Below, in pieces: positions 1-8,442 of a stretch of 59,860 nt of DNA (position 1 is the first letter of the stretch; each line of letters begins with the position of its first letter). The notes beneath the pieces were generated by a model. The model made no database searches, was not told the DNA's origin, and saw only the letters and a list, made by a program, of their open reading frames with translations. Origin of the DNA: a virus (Duplodnaviria > Caudoviricetes). The stretch spans positions 1 through 59,860 of the IMG/VR virus record IMGVR_UViG_3300037760_000140; one strand, given 5' to 3'. A program made the translations under genes and the position numbers.

Positions 1-1
1 C

Positions 2-18
2 CCCGGAGGCGGCCACCC
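2..18. repeat. 17-bp terminal overlap (cccggaggcggccaccc), identical to 59844-59860; circular genome junction
   Basis: Exact match seen. Joining the ends rebuilds a hairpin (ggccgcccccggg...cccggaggcggcc) + C/A linker + RBS + GTG, like other intergenic regions here. Confidence 0.8.
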
Positions 19-37
19 CACCCGAACGGAGCACACC

Positions 38-277
38 GTGAGCCTCCCGGACGCCTACCACCGAGACGCCGCAGACCTCACCCCCGACCAGCTCGCCGCC
101 AGCGAACACCCCGCCGTCCGCGACTACGTCGCCGCCCGCCGCCGCGGTGACACCGACACCACCAGCCGCATCGTCGACGAGGTGCGCGCCCGATTCGCCA
201 CCCGCACCACCGACGGCTCCGAGGCCGCACAGATCATGCGCGCCTCCATGACCATCCCGTTCGGCGGTGCCGCATGA
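38..277 (+). CDS. hypothetical protein (79 aa)
   Basis: RBS ggag before GTG; ATGA coupling to next gene. Confidence 0.7.
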   Translation: MSLPDAYHRDAADLTPDQLAASEHPAVRDYVAARRRGDTDTTSRIVDEVRARFATRTTDGSEAAQIMRASMTIPFGGAA

Positions 278-657
278 GCAACGGCCCCGCACGGCACATC
301 GACAGCGCCGTTCAGGCGATCCGCCAGTTCAACCACGCCAGCCGCTCCGCCGGGCCTGAGTGGCAACGCCCCGGCGACACCTACAGCGCGATCGGCGCCC
401 TGTCGCAGCTGGCCGGGATGCTGCCGCAGGCCCTGGAACAGTCCATCCGCCCGGTCACCCGGACCCACGAGGACGGCCGCCTCGCCATCGACGGCGACGG
501 CGACCCGCAGGCCGCGGTGCGGTACCTCCGGGACGCACTGGCCGCAGCCGTCAAAGCCGCCGCCGACGTCGAATTCGCGGTCGGCCAGATGCACATCGAG
601 ACCAGCCCCATGAGCTACGACACCAGCGGCCCGTCCGAGTTCGAGGACGACGCGTGA
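274..657 (+). CDS. hypothetical protein (127 aa)
   Basis: Coupled at both ends; high GC3; protein-like composition. Confidence 0.75.
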   Translation: MSNGPARHIDSAVQAIRQFNHASRSAGPEWQRPGDTYSAIGALSQLAGMLPQALEQSIRPVTRTHEDGRLAIDGDGDPQAAVRYLRDALAAAVKAAADVEFAVGQMHIETSPMSYDTSGPSEFEDDA

Positions 658-827
658 ACTGGCTCCGCCGCGAGGCCACCAGCCGACTCGCCAGGTACGG
701 CTCCCTCGCCTGCCTCGGCGGGGCACTGGTGGCCGGGCACGCCGGGATCGCGATCGGCGCCGGGACGGTCGCGCTCACCTGCTGGACCATCCGGCCCTCG
801 CGCGCACGCCATCGCCGCACCCGCTGA
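654..827 (+). CDS. small membrane protein
   Basis: GTGA overlap; hydrophobic LACLGGALVAGHAGIAIGAGTVAL. Confidence 0.6.
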   Translation: MNWLRREATSRLARYGSLACLGGALVAGHAGIAIGAGTVALTCWTIRPSRARHRRTR

Positions 828-850
828 CACCCGACAGGAGACCCGCCACC

Positions 851-2104
851 GTGGACGCCCTCACCGCCATGGCATCCGCCATCCGCAACGCAGCGGCCGA
901 CAACACCGCCGTGGCGGCCGTCATCGCCCTCGCCATCGCCGCCATCATCTGCACCGCCACCTGGGGCGCCTGGCGAACCGCCAGCCGCGCCGCCCGCAGC
1001 GCCCGACACGCCCTCGACGGCACCCCCGCGTCGGTCGTCGTGGCAGCCGTGGCGGCCGTCGCCTGCACCGCCTACACCGCCGACACCTCCTGGCGGTTCG
1101 CCGCCCAGTACCTCGACATGGGCAGCACCGCCGAACGGGCCGCCATGTTCGCCGCCGCCGAACTCGCCCTGTTCGCCTGCGCACTCCTGGCCCGCCAGCA
1201 CATCCGCCAGACCGCCACCGACGACCAGCCCGGCAGGGCCGGCACCCCCGGACTCCTCGTCTGGGTCATCACCGGCGTCCAGGTGATCCCCGCGTTCGCC
1301 GTCTCCGGCACCGTCGGCGGCATCGTCCGCGCGTTTGTCGGCCCGTTCATGGCCGCGCTGCTGTGGCACCTCGCCATGGGCATCGAGATCCGCCACGCCC
1401 GGCCCGGAGCGCTCCGCTACGGCCTGCTCGCCACCATCGCCCGCGAACTCCGCGAACGCCTGCTGTCCTGGCTCGGCCTGGCCACCAGGGACCGCAGCGC
1501 CGAGCAGATCACCCGCGACCGGTGGACCGTGCGCGCCGTCACCTACGCCGCGCGCCTCGCCGATACCCCGCTCGGGGGAGGGTGGTGGACCACCCGCCGC
1601 CGGAGCAGGCTCGCCAGTCGTCTGTCCGTCGCCGTCGGCCGCGCCCAGGTCGGCGCCGAACCGGAGCAGCGCCGGATGCTGCTGGAGCTGCTGGCGGCCC
1701 GACGCCACGCCGCCACCCTCGCCACCGTCACCCTGCCATCCCCCTGGCAGGCCGACACGGCGCCCGACAGCGCCGCCGCCGAACTTCCCCCGGCCGACAG
1801 CGGCACCGGCGACACCCGCCACGACGCCCCGCCACCGCCCGACACCGCCGACAGCAGCGACGAGCAGCGCCCGCCAGAGCCGCCACAGGCACCCGCCACC
1901 TACGACAGCCCCGTCGATCGCGCGATCAGGCCGCTCTACGACACCGGCTGTCGCCCGACAACCGGACAGATGACGGCCGCCATGTCGGCCGCCGGCCTCA
2001 AGCCCGTCTCGTCCACCGCCCGCCAGAGCCGACAGCGCATCGAGCGCACCGAACCGCACCTCGCCGCGCTGCCGTCCGCCCTCCACGCCCGTACCGGGAG
2101 CTGA
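851..2104 (+). CDS. spdB: SpdB-like plasmid spread membrane protein with C-terminal extension (possible HTH)
   Basis: Segments CTAYTADTSWRFAA, AMFAAAELALFA, LVWVITGVQVIPA, VRAFVGP.MAALLWH, LAARRHA...LPSPW match my recollection of pIJ101 SpdB; several TM helices; RBS aggag. Confidence 0.8.
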   Translation: MDALTAMASAIRNAAADNTAVAAVIALAIAAIICTATWGAWRTASRAARSARHALDGTPASVVVAAVAAVACTAYTADTSWRFAAQYLDMGSTAERAAMFAAAELALFACALLARQHIRQTATDDQPGRAGTPGLLVWVITGVQVIPAFAVSGTVGGIVRAFVGPFMAALLWHLAMGIEIRHARPGALRYGLLATIARELRERLLSWLGLATRDRSAEQITRDRWTVRAVTYAARLADTPLGGGWWTTRRRSRLASRLSVAVGRAQVGAEPEQRRMLLELLAARRHAATLATVTLPSPWQADTAPDSAAAELPPADSGTGDTRHDAPPPPDTADSSDEQRPPEPPQAPATYDSPVDRAIRPLYDTGCRPTTGQMTAAMSAAGLKPVSSTARQSRQRIERTEPHLAALPSALHARTGS

Positions 2105-2110
2105 CCCGCC

Positions 2111-2326
2111 ATGCGAACCCTCATCCGTCTGGCTCGTCGGTGGCGGCGACAGCGTCGCCCTGACGGCCCGGTCACCGTCACCCGACTGCCCGGCCCCGAG
2201 CAGGCCCCGGCCGCCCCGCCGGCCTACCGCGTCCGACCCGGACTGCCGGTCCTGCCGCCCGACATCACCCGCCAGGACGAGCAGCACATCCGCTGCCGCC
2301 TCCGCCACCTCACCGGAGAGGAGTAG
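2111..2326 (+). CDS. hypothetical protein in spd-like operon
   Basis: Fills gap between neighbours; its 3' end carries the RBS of the next gene. Confidence 0.55.
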   Translation: MRTLIRLARRWRRQRRPDGPVTVTRLPGPEQAPAAPPAYRVRPGLPVLPPDITRQDEQHIRCRLRHLTGEE

Positions 2327-2329
2327 ACC

Positions 2330-3040
2330 GTGGCCGACGACTGGTTCGACCGATTCGTAGACCAGGACTGGGCAGGCGAGACCCAGACCCGAGACCGCCG
2401 AGACCGAGACCCCGGCGGGAGGATCCCCGCCCCCGGCGAGACCATCGACCTCCGAGACCTCCGAAGCGAGACCGGGCCGCGCGAGACCGAGACCCGAGAC
2501 CAGGCAGCGGAGCGCACCGAGACCGACCCGGTAGACCTCGGCAAGACCGCCAAGACCGCCAAGACCGACGGCGAGACCACCGAGACCGAGACCGACAGCA
2601 GCCCGGCCGAAGACGAGACCGAGCAAGACCAGCAGAGCGCCTACGACGCCATCGCCGACGCCCTCGTCGCAGCAGCCGGCCGGCTGCCCACCGCCGAAGA
2701 CGCCGCCGAAGCCCGGCGCGACATCGTCCGCAGCAAGCGCGCCCGCGCCACCCTCTACAACACCTCGGCCGCAGCCGCCGGACTCCTGCCCGCGGCGGCC
2801 GGAGCCGACTGGACCGCGCCCGGAACGGTCACCGGCTGGCTCGACAACATCGCCGCCGACGCCTCCATCGGCGCAGCGCTCATCCTCGGCACCGCCCTGG
2901 CCGGGATCGTCTGGGCCGTCTGGGACCGACGAACCCGCGCCCTGCCCCCCTGGGCCGCCTGGGCGTGCCGAATCCCCCTCGCGTCCGTGGTCGCCGGCGT
3001 CCTGCTGTGGGCGCCCGCCTGGCCCGCACTCAACCTCTGA
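2330..3040 (+). CDS. membrane protein with N-terminal ET/RD/KT repeat region
   Basis: RBS gaggag; C-terminal TM segments; repeats encoded by a CGAGACC array. Confidence 0.75.
   Translation: MADDWFDRFVDQDWAGETQTRDRRDRDPGGRIPAPGETIDLRDLRSETGPRETETRDQAAERTETDPVDLGKTAKTAKTDGETTETETDSSPAEDETEQDQQSAYDAIADALVAAAGRLPTAEDAAEARRDIVRSKRARATLYNTSAAAAGLLPAAAGADWTAPGTVTGWLDNIAADASIGAALILGTALAGIVWAVWDRRTRALPPWAAWACRIPLASVVAGVLLWAPAWPALNL
2377..2630 (+). repeat. oriented CGAGACC array (15 copies counted) plus AAGACC/TAGACC/CAGACC variants
   Basis: Counted directly in the sequence. Confidence 0.85.
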
Positions 3041-3056
3041 CCAGCAAGGACACGCC

Positions 3057-3533
3057 ATGTTCGCAGCACCCGCCACCACTCCCGCCGCCTGGTGGGACGA
3101 CGCCGAATACGCCCCCGGCGTCATGGACGGCGAATACATGGGCAGCCTCGGCGCCGGTGGCCTCGCCGTCGTGATGCTCCTCCTCCTCATCCTCGGCACC
3201 CGCGAGAAGGCCAAGCACCGGCTGAAGCCCATGGCCGCCCTGATCTGGGGCTTCGTCGCCATGACCGTCTGGATCGGAGCCGGCGGCATATGGTCCTACC
3301 CCTCCGACGTCCTGCGCGACGCTCTCGCACAGGCCACAGCCCTCGGAGTCGTCGGGAACATCGGCGCCGGCGCCATCGCGCTGGTCACGCTCGGCATCGT
3401 GTGGTTCGTCGATCTCAAGCCCCGCGCCGAAGCCATCATGGGCATGGTCATGGGCGTGACCTGGGCCGCCGCAGGCGGCATCTGGGGCGTGCCCGTCCTG
3501 ATCGTCGCTCAGATCACCGGCGGCCTCGCATGA
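3057..3533 (+). CDS. multi-pass membrane protein
   Basis: RBS aagga; about 4 Gly-rich hydrophobic helices. Confidence 0.8.
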   Translation: MFAAPATTPAAWWDDAEYAPGVMDGEYMGSLGAGGLAVVMLLLLILGTREKAKHRLKPMAALIWGFVAMTVWIGAGGIWSYPSDVLRDALAQATALGVVGNIGAGAIALVTLGIVWFVDLKPRAEAIMGMVMGVTWAAAGGIWGVPVLIVAQITGGLA

Positions 3534-4249
3534 CCGAGCGCCCGACCTGGGTCACCGCGGCCACCGACGCCATCGAGCAGTTCCTCACCGGGGCGCACCG
3601 CACCGCCACTTGGTGCTGGCACGCGGGACACGTCTACCTGCGGACCTGCCCCGTTAAGGGCTGCCGCTGGTACTGGCGGACCATCGGATACGGCACCTGG
3701 AGCACGGCCGCCGCCTTTCCGCTCGCGGTCGGCGGAGTGCTGCTGGTGTCGGCCGGTCCGCTCGCCTGGGGCATCGCCGGGGCCACCTTGGTCGCGGTCT
3801 GCTGGATCGCCGGAGAAGACGAAGACGAGGAGGAGGAACCAGAGGCGGAGGAGGAGCCTGCCCCGGCGGCCCCGATCGACCCCCTGCTTGCGTTCACCGC
3901 GCAGCTCATCGGCAATGCCCGCGGCATCCACCTCACCGCGCTCCTCACCGCTCTCCACCGCGCCGGCGTAGACCCCCGCTTCGACGCCACCGAGCTGCGC
4001 ACCGTGCTGGCCGAACAGGGGGTTGCCTGGAGGCCATCCGTGCGCGCCCCGAAAGGGGCTGTCCCGGGCGCGGCCGAAAGGGTCGCTCAGGGGGTGCACC
4101 GGGAGGATCTGGAGGCCGTGATCGGCCCCTTCCCTGTCCCCTCTTCCGAGCCCCTTCCAGGTCCTGTAGCTACCGCCACTACAAGCGGCGTGACCTGCGA
4201 TGTAGCGGATCTGACTACGGCCGTAGCTACGGGACGTAGCAGCGCCTGA
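3530..4249 (+). CDS. membrane protein with acidic linker and putative C-terminal winged-helix domain
   Basis: ATGA coupling; 2 TM helices, EDEDEEEE linker, then LRTVLAEQGV...QGVHREDL. Confidence 0.7.
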   Translation: MTERPTWVTAATDAIEQFLTGAHRTATWCWHAGHVYLRTCPVKGCRWYWRTIGYGTWSTAAAFPLAVGGVLLVSAGPLAWGIAGATLVAVCWIAGEDEDEEEEPEAEEEPAPAAPIDPLLAFTAQLIGNARGIHLTALLTALHRAGVDPRFDATELRTVLAEQGVAWRPSVRAPKGAVPGAAERVAQGVHREDLEAVIGPFPVPSSEPLPGPVATATTSGVTCDVADLTTAVATGRSSA

Positions 4250-4335
4250 CGGCTGCCGGTGCGCCCCTGCCGGGGGCGTGCCGGGAGCCGGCCAGACCGG
4301 ATAGACCGGACCCACCATCTACCCCTGGAGGACCC

Positions 4336-4569
4336 ATGACCGATACGCCCACCGAGGGCGCGCCGATCGACCGTGACGCAGCCGCGCGAGTCCACTACGT
4401 CGACCGGCGTGTCCGCCGCCTGGCAGAGGCCCGCTGGAGGCTCACCACCGGCGGTTCGCACGCGGACTGGCTCCAACTCGGCAAGGACAACCCCGAGGCC
4501 CTGATCCAGGAAGGGCGGGACTGGCTGCGTGCCGCCGTCGCGGCCGGGCTGCTATCGCCACCCAGCTGA
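4336..4569 (+). CDS. hypothetical protein
   Basis: RBS ggagga. Confidence 0.7.
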   Translation: MTDTPTEGAPIDRDAAARVHYVDRRVRRLAEARWRLTTGGSHADWLQLGKDNPEALIQEGRDWLRAAVAAGLLSPPS

Positions 4570-4652
4570 CCCACCACCAGCCCGGGGCGGCCTCGCCTGC
4601 CAGCAGCCGCCGCCCCGGGCCCCATCCCGACGCATCGAGACAGGACCCGATC

Positions 4653-4781
4653 ATGCTCCGCAAGCTGATGCCCATCAAGCCCCGCACCAAGACCGAACCG
4701 CCCGCCGGGAAGTGGGGCAGCACCTACGACGCCGAGCGCGGCGGATGGGTATCCGACAAGCCCGCCAAGCCGAAGCGCTGA
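4653..4781 (+). CDS. small basic protein (MLRKLMPIKPRTKTEPPAGKWGSTY...)
   Basis: Read by hand; RBS agga; below the ORF-track size cutoff. Confidence 0.5.
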   Translation: MLRKLMPIKPRTKTEPPAGKWGSTYDAERGGWVSDKPAKPKR

Positions 4782-4838
4782 CCGACCGGGGCCCGCACCG
4801 TGCTGGTGCGGGCCCCCCGACCGCGAGAGGATGACGGC

Positions 4839-5255
4839 ATGACCGACGAGATCGCCGCGTTCGTGCGGGCGCGGCTGGACGAGTGGGAGGCGGAGGCGCG
4901 AGCCACCGGCGACACCCACTGGAATGCGATGACGGAGGAAACCCCTGACGGGGAGAACATCTTCTACACCGTCGAAACGACAGGGCCAGGTCGGCGCGCC
5001 GTTGCTGAGGCGCCAGGCACGCGAGAGCGTGATTACGCCCTCGTTGAACACATCGCCGCCCACGACCCCGCGCGGGTCCTGCGGGAGGTGGCGGCGCTGC
5101 GGGTCGTGGTGGATCAGCACACCGGACGGCACGGGAAGTACGTGTGCCACGAATGCCTGCAAGACCTGTCCGCCCCGAACTCCTGCCACACCCTCCGCCA
5201 CCTCGCCGCGATCTGGTCGGACCACCCGGAGTACCGGGCGGAGTGGCGGCCGTAG
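4839..5255 (+). CDS. DUF6221-like protein
   Basis: AFVRARLDE...HIAAHDPARVLREV...DHPEYRAEWRP pattern. Confidence 0.7.
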   Translation: MTDEIAAFVRARLDEWEAEARATGDTHWNAMTEETPDGENIFYTVETTGPGRRAVAEAPGTRERDYALVEHIAAHDPARVLREVAALRVVVDQHTGRHGKYVCHECLQDLSAPNSCHTLRHLAAIWSDHPEYRAEWRP

Positions 5256-5356
5256 CCCGTCAACTGTCGGTGGTGGCTGGGAGAATGGGGAGGACAGACC
5301 CCGGCGGGTGCGCGAACACCCCCGGGGCATGGCCGACCTGACGAGAGCAGACCGAC

Positions 5357-5941
5357 ATGACCCAAGCTACCGTCCGCTGCGGATGCGGACGCACCATGGC
5401 CATCGACGGACGCCGGCCCCGAGGCTCCTACCGCTGCGGATGCGGAGTGCGGGTCATCGTGGAGGCGCCTCAGCCGGGGGGCGAAGATCGAATCTGCTGG
5501 TACCGCGAATGCAGGATGCTTGCCGTCACCAGCGACCCCCTACGCTTCTGCGCCGAGCACCAACGCGAGGCAGCCGAAGCTCTTGCTCACCTCACCGGGA
5601 GGGCAACGCTGGAGCACTGGCTCAATGCGGGCGGGAGCACGCGGCGGCATCAGTTCGGCTCGGCGATCGCCAGGCGAGAGCAACCGGGCTCCGTGGTGTA
5701 CTTCATGCGCCGAGAGAGAATGATCAAAATCGGGTTCACTGGCAACCTTCGCCACCGGGCCGTCTCACTGAACGCCACGGTCCTTGCTCACTTTCCGGGC
5801 GGTCGGGCGGAGGAGGCAGAGCTACATCGCCGCTTCGCTGGCCTTCGGCGATACGGGGAGTGGTTCGAGCCGGGCCGCGAGCTTCTGGATTACATCAACG
5901 AATGCCGTCGGGCCACCGGGAGGCCCTCGCTCGCCCACTGA
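5357..5941 (+). CDS. GIY-YIG / T5orf172-like protein with N-terminal Cys motifs
   Basis: VVYFMR..MIKIGFT...EAELHRRF...GEWF motifs. Confidence 0.75.
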   Translation: MTQATVRCGCGRTMAIDGRRPRGSYRCGCGVRVIVEAPQPGGEDRICWYRECRMLAVTSDPLRFCAEHQREAAEALAHLTGRATLEHWLNAGGSTRRHQFGSAIARREQPGSVVYFMRRERMIKIGFTGNLRHRAVSLNATVLAHFPGGRAEEAELHRRFAGLRRYGEWFEPGRELLDYINECRRATGRPSLAH

Positions 5942-5950
5942 CTCGCTTGC

Positions 5951-5979
5951 TTGACCGCGATCACCTGCGATGTCACAAT
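5951..5979 (+). promoter_or_regulatory. sigma70/HrdB-type promoter TTGACC-N17-CACAAT
   Basis: Near-consensus hexamers with 17-bp spacer. Confidence 0.55.
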
Positions 5980-6006
5980 GCCCTCGTGGCACACATGTGC
6001 CCGAAC

Positions 6007-6033
6007 GAAGCCCCGGCCCCGGTCGGGGCTTTC
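6007..6033 (+). terminator. hairpin aagccccg...cggggctt just downstream of the promoter
   Basis: Inverted repeat followed by a short T run. Confidence 0.5.
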
Positions 6034-6052
6034 GCGCGTCAAGGGGGTGTCT

Positions 6053-6283
6053 GTGCACGTCGCCGACGCCCGCCCCGTGGACCTCATGACCGCCGACGAG
6101 ATCGAGCAGGAGTGGGGCGTCCCCGGCCCCGTGCTGCGGCAGTGGGCCGCCAGGGGGAAGATCGCCCGCTACCCGGGCCGCTGGCGGATGCACGGCACCA
6201 TGTACGCCCGCCAGCACGTGCAGCCCCTCGCAGAGCAGTACAAGGCCGTTCCGCAGCGCGCGCCGAAGACCCGCGCCGCCTGA
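6053..6283 (+). CDS. small MerR-like HTH DNA-binding protein
   Basis: MTADEIEQEWGVPGPVLRQWAARGKI; start uncertain. Confidence 0.6.
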   Translation: MHVADARPVDLMTADEIEQEWGVPGPVLRQWAARGKIARYPGRWRMHGTMYARQHVQPLAEQYKAVPQRAPKTRAA

Positions 6284-6388
6284 AAGCCGGGCGCGCTCCG
6301 TCCTCCGCGTTGAGCGCCCACGGCTCCCTGCCCCCTGGCGGCGGGCGGGGAGCCAGCCAAGCCGCCACACACCGTCTGGAGACCGCGC

Positions 6389-6658
6389 ATGGCCAAGTAC
6401 CGCTACATCGTCACTTACTGCGACGAAGGCCCGGAGGACAGGGTGGTGGGCACCAGCCTCATCACCCGTGACAACGAGGTGCGCATCGCCAACGGCGACG
6501 CCATGGTCCTCTTCGTGCCAGCGATCAACGTCCGCAGCATCCGCAGCGTCCCCATCGAGGAGGCTGACGACGGGGGCGACGAGCCGGAACCGGAGCGCGA
6601 ACCGCTCACCGCCCGGGACCTGCTGGCTCGCCGCGACGCCGCGAAGCTGAAGGCCTGA
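6389..6658 (+). CDS. hypothetical protein
   Basis: RBS ggag; high GC3. Confidence 0.7.
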   Translation: MAKYRYIVTYCDEGPEDRVVGTSLITRDNEVRIANGDAMVLFVPAINVRSIRSVPIEEADDGGDEPEPEREPLTARDLLARRDAAKLKA

Positions 6659-6661
6659 GCC

Positions 6662-6904
6662 ATGACCGAGCCCCTCGGCGCAGTCATCGAGATCATCGAG
6701 CGCGGCGCCAAGACGGATGGCACTGCTGGCCAAAGCGTCATCGTCCCCGATGACGTCCGCATCAACGGCCACTCTCTCCTGATGGACACGGAGAACCCCG
6801 TGATCGTCCACGAGATGAAGGTGGACAAAGGCAGCCTTGTGAGCGTCACCCTGACCTTGCTGGTGCGCCGCGTGTCGATCCGCGCCGAACACGACACGGA
6901 CTGA
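6662..6904 (+). CDS. hypothetical protein
   Basis: Operonic spacing; beta-rich sequence. Confidence 0.7.
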   Translation: MTEPLGAVIEIIERGAKTDGTAGQSVIVPDDVRINGHSLLMDTENPVIVHEMKVDKGSLVSVTLTLLVRRVSIRAEHDTD

Positions 6905-7024
6905 CGACGCCCCCAAGACTCCGTGCCGGGCGGCTCAGACATCGTGCGGGTGCTACCCGCCCGGCGCGGTCACAGGTCCGTCACGCCGCAGACACCAGGC
7001 CAACCCGCCTGCGATGCTGCCCCG

Positions 7025-7366
7025 ATGAGACGCACCCGCAGCACCACCGTGACCGCCATAGCCGCCGCCCTGCTCGCCCTCACCGCCTGCGGAAGCGGAG
7101 ACGAGCCCGAGGAGGAGACGGTGGACTACGACGTCATCACCGAAGAGCTACCCGACGGCGGCATCGGGAGGGTAGACCTCCTCATGCCCGACGCCACCGT
7201 TGAGACCGCCGAGCAGGCGATCCGCGACTACGCCGACAGCATCGACGGGCCCACAGCCGTCACCATCGCCGTCGTCCGCGAGGCCGACGCAGCCGTCATC
7301 GTCTGCCGAGCCGACTGGCCCGACCTCGACGACACCATGAACTGCCCCGACCCCGGCGGCAGCTGA
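7025..7366 (+). CDS. acidic lipoprotein
   Basis: Basic N-terminus, hydrophobic core, lipobox LTAC. Confidence 0.75.
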   Translation: MRRTRSTTVTAIAAALLALTACGSGDEPEEETVDYDVITEELPDGGIGRVDLLMPDATVETAEQAIRDYADSIDGPTAVTIAVVREADAAVIVCRADWPDLDDTMNCPDPGGS

Positions 7367-7453
7367 CTACCCCGATCGCCCGCCGCTGATCCCGGCGGGA
7401 AGGGAGCCCCGACGTCTCCAGGCGCCGGGGCTTCCGCACACCTGGAGGACGAG

Positions 7454-7870
7454 ATGAAGCGAGCAATTGAGGTCGGCGTCATTGGGCACCATGTCGCCAC
7501 CAACGTCCTCCGCCTCAGGAAAGTGCGTGGCCTAACAGTCAAGTCCCTGTCGGCGAGGCTCGCCGAGTGCGGTCGGTCAATTCCGTCCTCCGGGCTCACG
7601 CGGATCGAACTCGGTGAACGACGCGTTGATGTCGATGACCTTGTGGCTCTGGCTGCCGTGCTGGGTGTATCGCCCGCAGCCCTGCTGCTGCCGCTGGACG
7701 ATGAACCGGCCAAGACGGTTCAGATCACCGGGGCGAGGGAGGTGCCCGCCGACACCGCGTGGGCGTGGCTGAACAACGAGCGGCCCCTCCGCCTTCCGGA
7801 CGGGGACCAGCGGACCGCCATGCTGGAGTACCAGCTTTACAGCCTCCCGCCCGGACGGAGAACAGCATGA
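7454..7870 (+). CDS. XRE-family HTH regulator
   Basis: NVLRLRKVRGLTVKSLS...LTRIELGERRVDVDDLVALAAVLGV. Confidence 0.85.
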   Translation: MKRAIEVGVIGHHVATNVLRLRKVRGLTVKSLSARLAECGRSIPSSGLTRIELGERRVDVDDLVALAAVLGVSPAALLLPLDDEPAKTVQITGAREVPADTAWAWLNNERPLRLPDGDQRTAMLEYQLYSLPPGRRTA

Positions 7871-7919
7871 GCCGCCTCCAGTAGTCGTAGCAGCCCAATA
7901 GGTAACCCCGGGGGTGGTC

Positions 7920-8336
7920 ATGCCGAGCAGGCCACCCCGGGTATGCGCAGGATGCCGGGGCACAGTACCCCCCGGCGAGAGGTGCCCCCGGTGCACCCCC
8001 GGGGACAGGCAAGCCACCGACCGGGCGCGCGGCAACAGCCACCAACGCGGCTACGGTCGCAGACACCGGGGCAGGTTCAGGGGCGCAGTGCTCGCCCGCG
8101 ATCCCGTGTGCACCTGCGACCAGGAGTGCCGGCGGGGTGCCCTGGTGTTGCACGGACCTGGCGACTGCGACGTGCTGGCAACGGTGGCCGACCACCACCC
8201 AAAGACCCGCCGGGAGCTAGTGGCGGGGGGCCTGGACCCTGACGACGCGCAGCACGGACGAGGACTGTGCAAGGGATGCCACGACAGGCACACTGCACGG
8301 TCGTCGCCTGGTGGATGGGCGGACCGTCGGGGGTAG
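7920..8336 (+). CDS. HNH endonuclease (packaging-associated)
   Basis: CxxC motifs, ATVADHH, LCKGCHDRHT; lies just upstream of TerS. Confidence 0.85.
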   Translation: MPSRPPRVCAGCRGTVPPGERCPRCTPGDRQATDRARGNSHQRGYGRRHRGRFRGAVLARDPVCTCDQECRRGALVLHGPGDCDVLATVADHHPKTRRELVAGGLDPDDAQHGRGLCKGCHDRHTARSSPGGWADRRG

Positions 8337-8430
8337 GGGCGTCAGCATCACCATATCGGACATACCGGGCGACCGCCCAGGTGGTGAGCGAGATCGCGCC
8401 GCCCGTTTTGCCCTTTTGTGACAGACCGTG
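8337..8430. other. candidate cos/packaging site
   Basis: Intergenic between HNH and TerS, the usual cos position in HNH-terminase phages; exact site not identifiable. Confidence 0.4.
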
Positions 8431-8442
8431 ACGGAGGTGACT

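Noticed and set aside
2377-2630. CRISPR array or protein-level repeat
   Set aside because: Units are 7 bp with irregular spacing, no spacers or cas genes; the motif is read in more than one frame
851-4249. Integrated conjugative element (AICE) or plasmid inserted in the phage
   Set aside because: No TraB ATPase, rolling-circle Rep or second integrase/att site found
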